Positions 52,591 through 64,000 of a stretch of 64,000 bases of DNA are shown in pieces. The stretch covers positions 1 through 64,000 of the forward strand of contig NW_026576777.1 of assembly GCF_028641065.1 (NCBI RefSeq), written 5' to 3'. The notes beneath the pieces were generated by a model that ran no database searches, was not told the origin of the DNA, and saw nothing but the letters and a program-made list of their open reading frames with translations. A program made the position numbers and the translations under genes. Each line of letters starts with the position of its first letter. Positions within the stretch are counted from its first letter, which is position 1. This stretch comes from Leucoraja erinacea (taxonomy: Eukaryota).

Positions 52591-53900
52591 AACAATTCTC
52601 TCTTTTTTGCATCTTTCTTCTTTTTCTTCATTCTTTTCGTTTTTTTCTTTTCCTCGATTTATGTATCAATTTATTCTTTTCGATTTATGTATCAATTTAT
52701 AAGATGTTAAAAATGAAGCTGTACGGAAATTGTATAACTCTCATGCTGATTGCTTTATTCTTGTACAATAGCTCCTAATAAAATAAACATATTAAAAAAA
52801 AGATTAAAATAATTTATGAAGAACCGGTAACTTACTCCACAGTAATACATTGTCCCTCTTCAACATAACCGCAAACTGATACTTATCATACAACCACACA
52901 CTCATCTCTCAAACAACATATGCAGAATATAAAAAAAACAGAATCTAGCGGATGTGGCATGGCTGTCGAAACTTACTTCTCTATTCAATTACTTTCCTTG
53001 AGCTCAAAACCAATTGATCTTTGTGACTCGCCATAAATCGCCTTCTGAGAGTTCCAAATGTACTTAGAATAAAGGGGAGGCATTTAGATTGAGGTGAGAA
53101 AAAACGTTTTCACCCAGAGAGTTGTGAATTTGTGGAATTCCCTGCCACAGAGGGCAGTGGAGGCCAAGTCACTGGATGGATTTAAGAGAGAGTTAGATAG
53201 AGCTCTAGGGGCTAGTGGAATCAAGGGATATGGGGAGAAGGCAGGCACGGGTTATTGATTGAGGATGATCAGCCATGATCACAATAGTTGGCGGTGCTGG
53301 CTCGAAGGGCCGAATGGCCTCCTCCTGCACCTATTTTGAAAAGCTTTGTTTTGCATGCTATCCAATCAAATCAGATACTACTATACATAAATACAATTAA
53401 CCCAAACTCAAGTACAATAGGTGGAGCAAAGTAGAAGATACAAAGTGCAGAATTTAATTCTCAGCACTGTAGCACACCGGTTCCACAGACAAAGTCCAAT
53501 GTCCACAATGGGGTAGAGGTGAATCGGAAGCCTGATAACAGAGGGGAAGAAGCTGTTGCTGAATCTGTTTGTGCGCACTTTCAAGCTTCTGTACCTTCTG
53601 CCTGATGAGAGCAGGGAGAAAAATGAATGATCAGGTTGGGACAAGTCTTTGATTATGTTGGCTGCCAATCCGATGAGCCCCACACCTCTACTTTCAGAAG
53701 GTTCCGACCCAAAACGTCACCTATTTTTTCTCTAGAGATGCTGCCTGACCCGTTGAGCACTTTGTCTCTATCTAGAGCTGGGTTACACTGAAGATCATCA
53801 GTGCCCTAAAACATGACCCGTCCATGTCCTCCAGAGATGCCACTTGACTCTTCCTCAGTCTGAATGGGTCTTCTGTCCTGGCAGATGTTTTCACGAGGTT

Positions 53901-54572
53901 TAACCATATAACCATATAACCATATAACAATTACAGCACGGAAACAGGCCATCTCGACCCTTCTAGTCCGTGCCGAACACATAATCTCCCCTAGTCCCAT
54001 ATACCTGCGCTCAGACCATAACCCTCCATTCCCTTCCCATCCATATAACTATCCAATTTATTTTTAAATGATAAAAAACGAACCTGCCTCCACCACCTTC
54101 ACTGGAAGCTCATTCCACACAGCTACCACTCTCTGAGTAAAGAAGTTCCCCCTCATGTTACCCCTAAACTTCAGTCCCTTAATTCTCATGTCATGTCCCC
54201 TTGTTTGAATCTTCCCTACTCTCAGTGGGAAAAGCTTTTCCACATCAACTCTGTCTATCCCTCTCATCATTTTAAAAACCTCTATCAAGTCCCCCCTTAA
54301 CCTTCTGCGCTCCAAAGAATAAAGCCCTAACTTGTTCAACCTTTCTCTGTAACTTAGTTGCTGAAACCCAGGCAACATTCTAGTAAATCTCCTCTGTACC
54401 CTCTCTATTTTGTTGACATCCTTCCTATAATTAGGCGACCAAAATTGTACACCATACTCCAGAATTGGCCTCACCAATGCCTTGTTCAATTTTAACATTA
54501 CATCCCAACTTCTATACTCAATGCTCTGATTTATAAAGGCCAGCACACCAAAAGCTTTCTTTACCACCCTAT
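53901..54572 (-). mobile_element. CR1 family A 3' fragment; adjacent CR1 pieces at 53065-53337(+) and 54943-55270(-)
   Basis: DRVVKKAFG..RPILEYGVQFW..; (aaccatat)n tail. Confidence 0.9.
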
Positions 54573-56411
54573 CGCGTTCCTGTTTAGATTTAGCTCCAAG
54601 GGCTAACGGAATCAAAGGATATTGATAGAGAGCAGGAACGCGGTACTGATTTTGGACGATCAGCCATGATAATATTGGATGGCGCTGCTGACTCGAAGGA
54701 CCAAATGACCTATTCCTGCACCTATTTTCCATGTCTCTATGACCTGAAACATTGCCTGTCCTCATACTCCAGAGACGCTGACTGACTTGCTGAGTTACTC
54801 CAAGTTGATTAGTCCGACTGATTTTGGTAAGTCTGAATAAGGGTCTCGATCCGTTATCTAATCTGAAGAAGGGTCTCGATCCGTACGGTGCCTGTCCAGC
54901 TGAGTTCCTCCAGCACATTGTGTTGTGTTCCAGGTTCAATCATAGAAACATAGAAACATAGAAAATAGGTGCAGGAGTAGGCCATTCGGCCCTTCGAGCC
55001 TGCACCGCCATTCAATATGATCATGGCTGATCATAGAAACATAGAAACATAGAAATTAGGTGCAGGAGTAGGCCTTTCGGCCCTTCGAGCCTGCACCGCC
55101 ATTCAATATGATCATGGCTGATCATCCAGCTCAGTATCCTGTACCTGCCTTCTCTCCATACCCCCTGATCCCTTTAGCTACAAGGGTCACATCTAACCCT
55201 CTTAAATATAGCCAATGAAATGGCCTCAACTACCTTCTGTGGCAGAGAATTCCAGAGATTCACCACTCTTACCACCACAAGGGCCATTGTCTTGCAGAGC
55301 ACAGTTGCTTGTGTCATCCAAATTAACATCCATCTTTCTTGTTTTAATGGAGTTTTCCTGTCAGAGTGGTTGATGCAGGGAATTAGATTGTGGGGATAAT
55401 TTTCGCTTTTACCTGACTCCGGAGAAAACTGGAGCAATAGATCGTGGAATCTCACACGGCAATACTTTGTTCTGTTTACCACTGTATCTCTAGTTGGTCA
55501 CATCTGAGGTCAGATCAATTCCAGACCACTGCTTCAAAACATGCGCAAGCCATTACAATAAATTACGCAGAAGCAAACATGGTGATATTTACTCATATTT
55601 TGCAATCACTCTCTGCTCCCACCACATCCTGCCCATGAACATCTCCACCCAGTTTAGTTCACTTTAGTTTAGATTATTGTCCCGTGTACCGAGGTACAGT
55701 TAAAAGCATTTGTTGTTGTGTGCTAACCAGTCAGTGGAATGACAATACATGATTCCAATCAAGCCTCCACAGGGTAAAGGGAATAATGTTTAGTGCAAGA
55801 TTTGGGTGGCACGGTGGCACAGCTGGAGAGTTGCTGCCGTGCCAGAGACATGGATTTGATCCTGACTATGGGTGCTGTCTGTTTCCCGAAGGGCCTGTTT
55901 CCACGGTGTATCTCCAAACTAAACTAAATTAAAGTCCAGTAAAGTCTGACGGTGTGCAATGAGGTAGATCAGGACTGCTCCCTAGTTGGTGATAGGATGG
56001 TTCAGTTGCCTGATAACAGCTGCGAAGAAAGTGTCACTGAATCTGGAGGCTTGCGTTTACAAGCTGCTGTACCTCTTGCCTGACGGAGGAGGGTTGAATC
56101 CACTTTAAATGCAATTTTCATGGATCCTTACCTGATGTCAAGCAATCTTGTTGTGTATTTGGAGTATTGTTTTGTTTAAAGAGTAAGTCATAAAATGCTT
56201 GAGTAACAGCGGGTCAGGAAGCGACTGTAGAAGGAACGGACATGTGATGTTTCGGGTCGGGACCCTTCTTCAGACTGATTGTTGTAGGAGTGGGGGAGGA
56301 AACTAGAAAAGAGAGGTGGTAGTAGGACAAAGTGATAGGTGGATACAGGGGATGGGGGGGATTGATCAGCAGATTGGTTGAATAAAAGACCGATAAAGAA
56401 TAAAAGGCTGA

Positions 56412-57015
56412 ATAACCATATAACAATTACAGCACGGAAACAGGCCATCTCGACCCTTCTAGTCCATGCTGAACACGTATTCTCCCCTAGTCCCATACAC
56501 CTGCATTCAGACCATAACCCTCCATACCTTTCCCGTCCATATAACTATCCAATTTATTTTTAAATGATAAAAATGAACCTGCCTCCACCACCTTCACTGG
56601 AAGCTCATTCCACACAGCCACCACTCTCTGAGTAAAGAAGTTCCCCCTCATGTTACCCCTAAACTTCTGTCCCTTAATTCTCAAGTCATGTCCCCTTGTT
56701 TGAATCTTCCCTACTCTCAGTGGGAAAAGCTTATCCATGTCAACTCTGTCTATCCCTCTCATCATTTTAAAGACCTCTATCAAGTCCCCCCTTAACCTTC
56801 TGCGCTCCAAAGAATAAAGCCCTAACTTGTTCAACCTTTCTCTGTAACTTAGTTGCTGATACCCAGGTAACATTCTAGTAAATCTCCTCTGTACCCTCTC
56901 TATTTTGTTGACATTCTTCCTATAACTCAGCGACCAAAATTGTACACCATACTCCAAAATTGGCGTCACCAATGCCTTGTACAATTTTAACATTACATCC
57001 CAACTTCTATACTCA
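56412..57015 (-). mobile_element. CR1 family A 3' fragment
   Basis: ORF 56487-56993. Confidence 0.9.
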
Positions 57016-58360
57016 GAAAGTTATGGGCTTTTGACTGTCCACGATCACAGCTTTTTTGTTATGTCCATAGAAAATCAATAGGGAACAAGATGCTAATTTC
57101 CGAGTATGAAAATGGCCATAACCTTTTAAATACTTGAGATATGAAAGTGAATTAGGTGTCAAATTAAACTTCTTTTTATGCTTTATCTGATGGGATAAAT
57201 TACAGACTTGATTTTTTAAATCTCAAAATTTTGTAACATTCCTAGTCAGTGCACAAGAGTCGCCATGTTTCCGGCGCCATTTTGTGTCCTTGAGGGACGC
57301 CGCACAATGGCTGCCTCACCAACGGTCTGTCTTTGTCTTTTTCATTCTTTGTGTTTTTAGTTTGTTGTAAAATGTATGTTTTAGTTTATCTTTACTTTTG
57401 TATTTGTGGGGAGTGAAACTTTTCTTGCCTCTTTCCTCGACGGAGATATGACTTTTTCTATATCGTATCTCCATCGACACTGCGGTCTAACATTGTGGAG
57501 TTAGCTGCCTCTTGTTTGGGACTTCTAGGGCTCCAAAACAGTGGAGCTTGCGGGCTTTAACATCTCAGAGCGGTCGGGGTCGGCCTTTGGTGCTCAAATC
57601 TGCGGCTGCTGTGGATGTTAACATTGTGAAGCTCGTGGTCCCCGGTTAGCGATCAACTCCAAGCCACAGGAGTTTTGACCGCCCTGGTGTGGGAGCTTAG
57701 ACCGCCAGGACATGGGAGTTCGATCGCCGGCTGCAGATGGTTCGACTGCTTCAACTTCAGGAAGAAAGGTGGAAAGAAGATAAAACTTTATTGCCTTCCA
57801 TCCATATGTGGAGGAGCCGCTGTGGTGGACGTTTATGTTACATTTTTATGTAGTGTGCTAGTTGCTTTTTTCTTTTGACAGTTTGGCAAACCAAATTCCT
57901 TGTATGTTGCAAAACATACTTGGCTAATAGATCATGATTATGATCAGTATTTAGTCGTTAATTATTGTCACACGTACACATACAGTAAAAAGCTTTCCTT
58001 GCATGCTAACCAGTCAGCGGAAAAACTATGCATGATTATAGCTGTGAAAAGCTATATCAAGCCATCCACAGTCCACAGATACAGGATAAAGGCTATAATG
58101 TTTAGTGCAAGATAAAGTCCAGTAAAGTCAGTTTAAAGATGGTCCAAGGGTCTCCAATGAGGTTGATGGTACCACAGGACCACTCTCTAGTTAGTGCGAG
58201 GACGGTTCAGTCACCTGATAACAGCTGGGATGAAACAGAAACTGTGAATTGTTAAAAATGTTAGTGCCTTAACTTGGCCATAAAAGCCTGTTGTCATTTA
58301 TCCCTCTCACATTAAAGCTCTAGCCTTTCTAGTCTTTTATATTTCTATGAGGGAGATTCT

Positions 58361-60355
58361 AAGAGGGAGATCTACAATAATTATAGGCAGCATAAAGTAA
58401 ATGAGGTGCTTGAGGAGTATAAGGAATGTAAAAAGAATCTTAAGAAAGAAATTAGAAAAGCTAAAAGAAGATATGAGGTTGCTTTGGCAAGTAAGGTGAA
58501 AGTAAATCCAAAGGGTTTCTACAGCTATATTAATAGCAAAAGGATAACGAGGGATAAAATTGGTCCATTGGGGAGACAGAGTGGACAGTTATCTGCAGAG
58601 CCAAAAGAGATGGGGGAGATATTGAACAATTTTTTTTCTTCGGTATTCACCAAGGAGAAGGATATTGAATTATGTGAGGTAAGGGAACTAGTAGAGTAGC
58701 TATGGATACTATGAGGTTCAAAGTAAAAGAAGTACTGACACTTTTGAAAAATATAAAAGTGGATAAGTCTCCAGGTCCTGACAGGATATTCCCTAGGACA
58801 TTGAGGGAAGTTGGTGTAGAAATAGCCGTGGCTATGACAGAAATATTTCAAATGTCATTAGAAACGGGAATAGTACCCGAGGATTGGCGTACTGCACATG
58901 TTGTTCCATTGTTTAAAAAGGGTTCGAAGAGTAAACCTAGCAATTATAGACCTGTTAGTTTGACTTCAGTGGTGGGCAAATTAATGGAAAATATACTTAG
59001 AGATAATATATATAAGCATCTAGATAAACAGGGTCTGATTAGGAACAGTCAACATGGATTTGTGCCTGGAAGGTCATGTTTGACTAATCTTCTTGAATTT
59101 TTTGAAGAGGTTACTAGGGAAATTGACGAGGGTAAAGCAGTGGATGTTGTCTATATGGACTTTAGTAAGGCCTTTGACAAGGTTCCTCATGGAAGGTTGG
59201 TTAAGAAGGTTCAACTGTTGGGTATAAATGCAGGAATAGCAAGATGGATTCAACAGTGGCTGAATGGGAGAAGCCAGAGGGTAATGGTGGATGGCTGTTT
59301 ATCGGGTTTGAGGCAGGTGACTAGTGGGGTGCCTCAGGGATCTGTGTTGGGTCCTTTGTTGTTTGTCATGTACATCAATGATCAGGATGAATGTGTTGTA
59401 AATTGGATTAGTAAGTATGCAGATGATACCAAGATAGGGGGTGTTGTGGATAATGAAGAGGATTTCCAAAGTCTACAGAGTGATTTAGGCCATTTGGAAA
59501 AAATGGGCTGAAAGATGGCAGATGGAGTTTAATGCTGATAAATGTGAGGTGCTACACCTTGGCAGGACAAATCAAAATAGGACGTACATGGTAAATGGTA
59601 GGGAATTGAAGAATACAGTTGAACAGAGGGATCTGGGTATAACCGTGCATAGTTCCTTGAAGGTGGAATCTCATATAGATAGGGTGGTAAAGAAAGCTTT
59701 TGGTATGCTAGCCTTTATAAATCAGAGCATTGAGTAAAGAAGCTGGGATGTAATGTTAAAATTGTACAAGGCATTGGTGAGACCAAATCTGGAGTATGGT
59801 GTACAATTTTGGTCGCCCAATTATAGGAAGGATGTCAACAAAATAGAGAGAGTACATGGGAGATTTACTAGAATGTTGCCTGGGTTTCAACAACTAAGTT
59901 ACAGAGATAGGTTGAATAAGTTAGGTCTTTATTCTCTGGAGTGCAGAAGGTTAAGCGGGGACTTGATAGAGGTCTTTAAAATGATGAGAGGGATAGACAA
60001 AGTTGATGTGGACAAGCTTTTCCCTTTGAGAATAGGGAAGATTCAAACAAGAGGACATGACTTCAGAATTAAGGGACAGAAGTTTAGGGGTAATATGAGG
60101 GGTAACTTCTTTACTCAGAGAGTGGTAGTGGTGTGGAATGAGCTTCCAGTGGAAGTGGTGGAGGCAGGTTCATTGGTATCATTTAAAAATAAATTGGATA
60201 GGCATATGGATGAGAAGGGAATGGAGGGTTATGGTATGAGTGCAGGCAGGTGGGACTAAAGGGAAAAAAAAATTTGTTCGGCACGGACTTGTAGGGCCGA
60301 GATGGCCTGTTTCCGTGCTGTAATTGTTATATGGTTATATGGTTATATGGTTATA
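58361..60355 (+). mobile_element. 5'-truncated CR1 family A
   Basis: ORFs 58406-60259 with RT motifs and frameshifts; (ttatatgg)n tail. Confidence 0.95.
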
Positions 60356-62543
60356 CTCTGGGATAAGATTCTGACTGTCTACTCCATATCTGCCTCTCAG
60401 ACCATCATCTACTTCTATCAGGTTTCCCCTCAGCCTCTGGTGGTCCAGAAAAAACAATCCAAGTTTTCCAATTATAGTTTTATGCATCCTAAAACTTGGA
60501 AGGGTTCTTCTGCTCTGTTGAAAATCTGAGGTTGGCATTTTGGGCCTTGATAGTGCCTATCCATCATGATTCAGAATGTAGGTTAGAACATGAACTGTAA
60601 GTTACGAGGTTCCTAACCTAAGGAAACGCAGATTCAACAGAATAAGTGACCATCAAGTCTTGTCCGCCATTCGATCATGGCTGATCTAGTTTTCCCTCTA
60701 GATCGTATTCTCCTGCCTTCTCCACAAAACCTTTGATGGCCTTACTATTCAAGTACCTGTCATTCTCTGCTTTAAAAATACCCATAACAAAGACCTAATG
60801 TGAATGGGTGATCGATGGTCGGCGTGGACACGATGGCCCGGAAAGTCTATTTCCACGCTGTACCTTTCAATGAATCATTCAATCAACTTTAAAGTCAGAG
60901 TCATGAAAGCTGTTTGTGCTATGTTTGCAGGATGCCAAACAAGCTAAAAATGGACCTTTGTATATTGCTCCACTGCTGAAGACATCACCTATCTATGTCT
61001 TCCAGAGATGCTGCCTGCCTCGCTGTGTTACTCCAGTGCTTTGTGTCTTTTATTGTAAACCAGCATCTGTAGTTCCCTGACTCTGCATTTTACTGCTTCA
61101 TTGCAAAATCTCCTCAAGGTCTTCCTACTTTGAAGTTCTCCTCCTCTCTCTGATGAGACTTCTGTGAGACCGTCTCTTATAGCTCCCGCATCTGTGATTC
61201 ATCTTTCAGTTTTCTCCCCTCCCACCCCTCCACAAAATCAATCTGCAGAAGGGTTCCAACCCTAAAAGTCACCTATCCATGTGCAGGTTGGAATTGCAGA
61301 TGCTGGTTTATACCGGCGATAGACACAGAGTGCTGGATTAACTCAGCAGCTCAGCCACATCTCTGGGGGAAAAGGGAGGGTGTTATTTTGGGTTGGAACC
61401 CTTCTTCAGACACCTGTCTTGTGTTTTGGTTTTGTAAACAAGCATCTGCAGTTCCTGTTGCTCAGGGTCGATTAAGTATTTCACAAGGTTTGAGACTAAC
61501 CACAAAAATGGCACTCTTTCCACTCAGGCTATATGACTGAGTTACAACAGAGTAGAAATAAGGGCAAGGGTTGTTGGGCTGACTGACCACAATAACACAT
61601 TACCTGCCTTTCTATATTGTATCATTACCAAGGACCAGGCAGCAAACCGTGTAATACTCTCAATGGTTCTTATCAACGAATGGTAAAAATAATAGTTAAG
61701 CAAGACTGCAAGTGAAAGGGCATGGATATTTGTTAAAAGTATTTAGTTTAGTTTAGTTTAAAGATACAGCGGGGATACAGGCCCATCAGCCCACCGAGTC
61801 CGCATTGACCAGCGATTCTTGTACAATAACACTGTCCAAAACACTAGGGTCAATTTACAATTTTACCAAAGTCAATTAACCTACAAACCTGTACATCTTT
61901 GGAATGTGGGAGGAAACCGGAGCACTCAGAGAAAACCCACACAGATCACGGGGAGAATGTACACACTCCGCACAGTCAGGATGGAACATAGGTCTCCGGT
62001 GCTGCATCACTGAGTCTTTAGATAGAATGTTTGCAGGAACTTAACAATTGATCACAATGTAAATATTCATGAAATAGTTGAGTTTAGTTTATTGTCACAT
62101 GTCCAGAGCTACAGCAAAAAGCTTTTGTTGCGTGTTAACCAGTCAGGGGAAAGGCTATACATAATTTAATCAAGCCGCCCACTGTGTACTTATAAATAAG
62201 TCCAATAATGTCCGATTAAAAGTAGTCTGGCTCCAATGAGGTAGATGGGAGGTCAGGACTGCAATCTAGTTGGTGATAGGATCAGGGTCGGCCTTAAGCC
62301 GATTGGACCGATTGCTCCCAATTGGGCCCCGCGCCTAAGGAGGGCCTGCACTAATGTTCCGTATTTCGTACGGAAATACGAATTTGCTTTGTTAAATAAA
62401 GATTTTTTTTTTAAACATTCGCCATCCGGATTTTAAAAAAAACGAACATGGATAACAACCGCTGCATGGCCATCAGACACAAACGATTTGTTAACTACTA
62501 CTGTTAGCACTTGGTAACAGCCAGTAGTTAACAAGTAGTTATA

Positions 62544-62696
62544 CAATGTGTCATCAATGCATCGATCCACATTCCTCATTGTGTTTTGAACAAGTATTAA
62601 TGACACCGCGTTCCTTTGAATAAAATTCACGCGGCATCATTAATACTTGTTCAAAACACAATGAGGAATGTGGATCGATGCATTGATGACACATTG
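62544..62696. repeat. Perfect 60-bp inverted repeat (hairpin) inside a hAT-like MITE that starts at ~62282
   Basis: 62544-62603 is the exact reverse complement of 62637-62696. Confidence 0.95.
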
Positions 62697-62923
62697 AGAA
62701 TTTCTAAAAACTCACCATTATGATTGACGGCGCCGGACCGCGAGACGGGGCTTCTTCTTGGTGTCCTTGGTCATTCATCTACCGACCCACGTTGTGTCTC
62801 TCTGTCTTCCGCTCAACCCTCCCTCTCTCTCTCTCGCGCTCTCCCCATCTCGTCTCTCTCTAGCTCTCTCTCTCTCTCTCACCTTGTTGCCTCGGCATTC
62901 CCAAAATCATTGACGTTTTGCGG

Positions 62924-64000
62924 TAACCATATAACCATATAACAATTACAGCACGGAAACAGGCCATCTCGACCCTTCTAGTCCGTGCCGAACACGTATT
63001 CTCCCCTAGTCCAATATACCTGCGCTCAGACCATGACCCTCCATTCCTTTCCCGTCCATATAATTATCCAATTTATTTTGAAATAATAAAAACGAACCTG
63101 CCTCCACCACCTTCACTGGAAGCTCATTACACACAGCCACCACTCTGAGTAAAGAAGTTCCCCCTCATGTTACCCCTAAACTTCTGTCCCTTAATTCTCA
63201 AGTCATGTCCTCTTGTTTGAATCTTCCCTACTCTCAGTGGGAAAAGCTTATCCATGTCAACTCTGTCTATCCCTCTCATCATTTTAAAGACCTCTATCAA
63301 GTCCCCCCTTAACCTTCTGCGCTCCAAAGAATAAAGCCCTAACTTCTTCAACCTTTCTCTGTAACTTAGTTGCTGAAACCCAGGCAACATTCTAGTAAAT
63401 ATTTTCTGTACTCTCTCTATTTTGTTGACATCCTTCCTATAATTAGGCGACCAAAATTGTACACCATACTCCAGAATTGGCCTCACCAATGCCTTGTACT
63501 TACATCCCAGCTTCTATACTCAATGCTCTGATTTATAAAGGCCAGCACACCAAAAGCTTTCTTTACCACCCTATCTACATGAGATTACACTTTCAGGGAA
63601 CTGTGCACAGTTATTCCCAGATCCCTCTGTTCACCTGCATTCTTCAATTCCCTACCATTTACCATGTACGTCCTATTTTGATTTGTCCTGCCAAGATGTA
63701 GTACCTCACACTTATCAGCATTAAACTCCATCTGCCATCTTTCAGCCCACTCTTCCAACTGGCATAAATCTCTCTGTAGTCTTTGAAAATCTATTTCATT
63801 ATCCACAACCCCACCTATCTTAGTATCATCTGCATACTTACTAATCCAATTTACCACACCATCATCCAGATCATCGATGTACATGACAAACAACAGTGGA
63901 CCCAACACAGATCCCTGTGGCACCCCACTAGTCACTGGCCTCCAACCTGACAAACAACCATCCACCATTACTCTCTGGCAACTTCCATTCAGCCACTGTT
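62924..64000 (-). mobile_element. CR1 family A, running off the window end
   Basis: ORFs 63585-63968 and 63127-63489 with YADD. Confidence 0.95.

Noticed and set aside
55412-55530. Minus-strand exon-like segment (YCRV.., donor CAG|GTAAAA)
   Set aside because: Stops in all frames after the candidate acceptors and no recognisable domain
1-64000. CRISPR arrays, rRNA or true tRNA genes
   Set aside because: None seen; the tRNA-like boxes belong to SINE heads

Overview
Repeat-dense eukaryotic genomic DNA, most consistent with a cartilaginous fish such as a skate (inferred from the CR1, Penelope and HE1-like SINE content). Most of the window is nested, mostly decayed CR1 LINEs, plus L1, L2, Rex/Babar-like, Penelope, Tc1 and MITE remnants and one assembly gap. 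One host gene can be read by hand across the repeats on the + strand: leader (31993-32041), a germline-joined V-J Ig exon (32884-33213), a C1-set Ig exon (36591-36890), a TM exon with an intramembrane Arg (46182-46283) and a short cytoplasmic exon ending at a TGA (47101-47150). This gives a 276-aa non-rearranging VJ-C1 antigen-receptor-like membrane protein. A further exon (from 52472) holds a decayed ITIM plus ITSM-like tail, suggesting an inhibitory receptor that became a short-tailed, probably activating, one. Other notable structures: a ~4.8 kb inverted duplication, a triple CCAAT/TGACTGACAG promoter module, hammerhead-like motifs in Penelope repeats, CR1 elements with swapped ORF1, and a perfect 60-bp hairpin. 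Exon joins are manual predictions with no expression data, and repeat boundaries are approximate.
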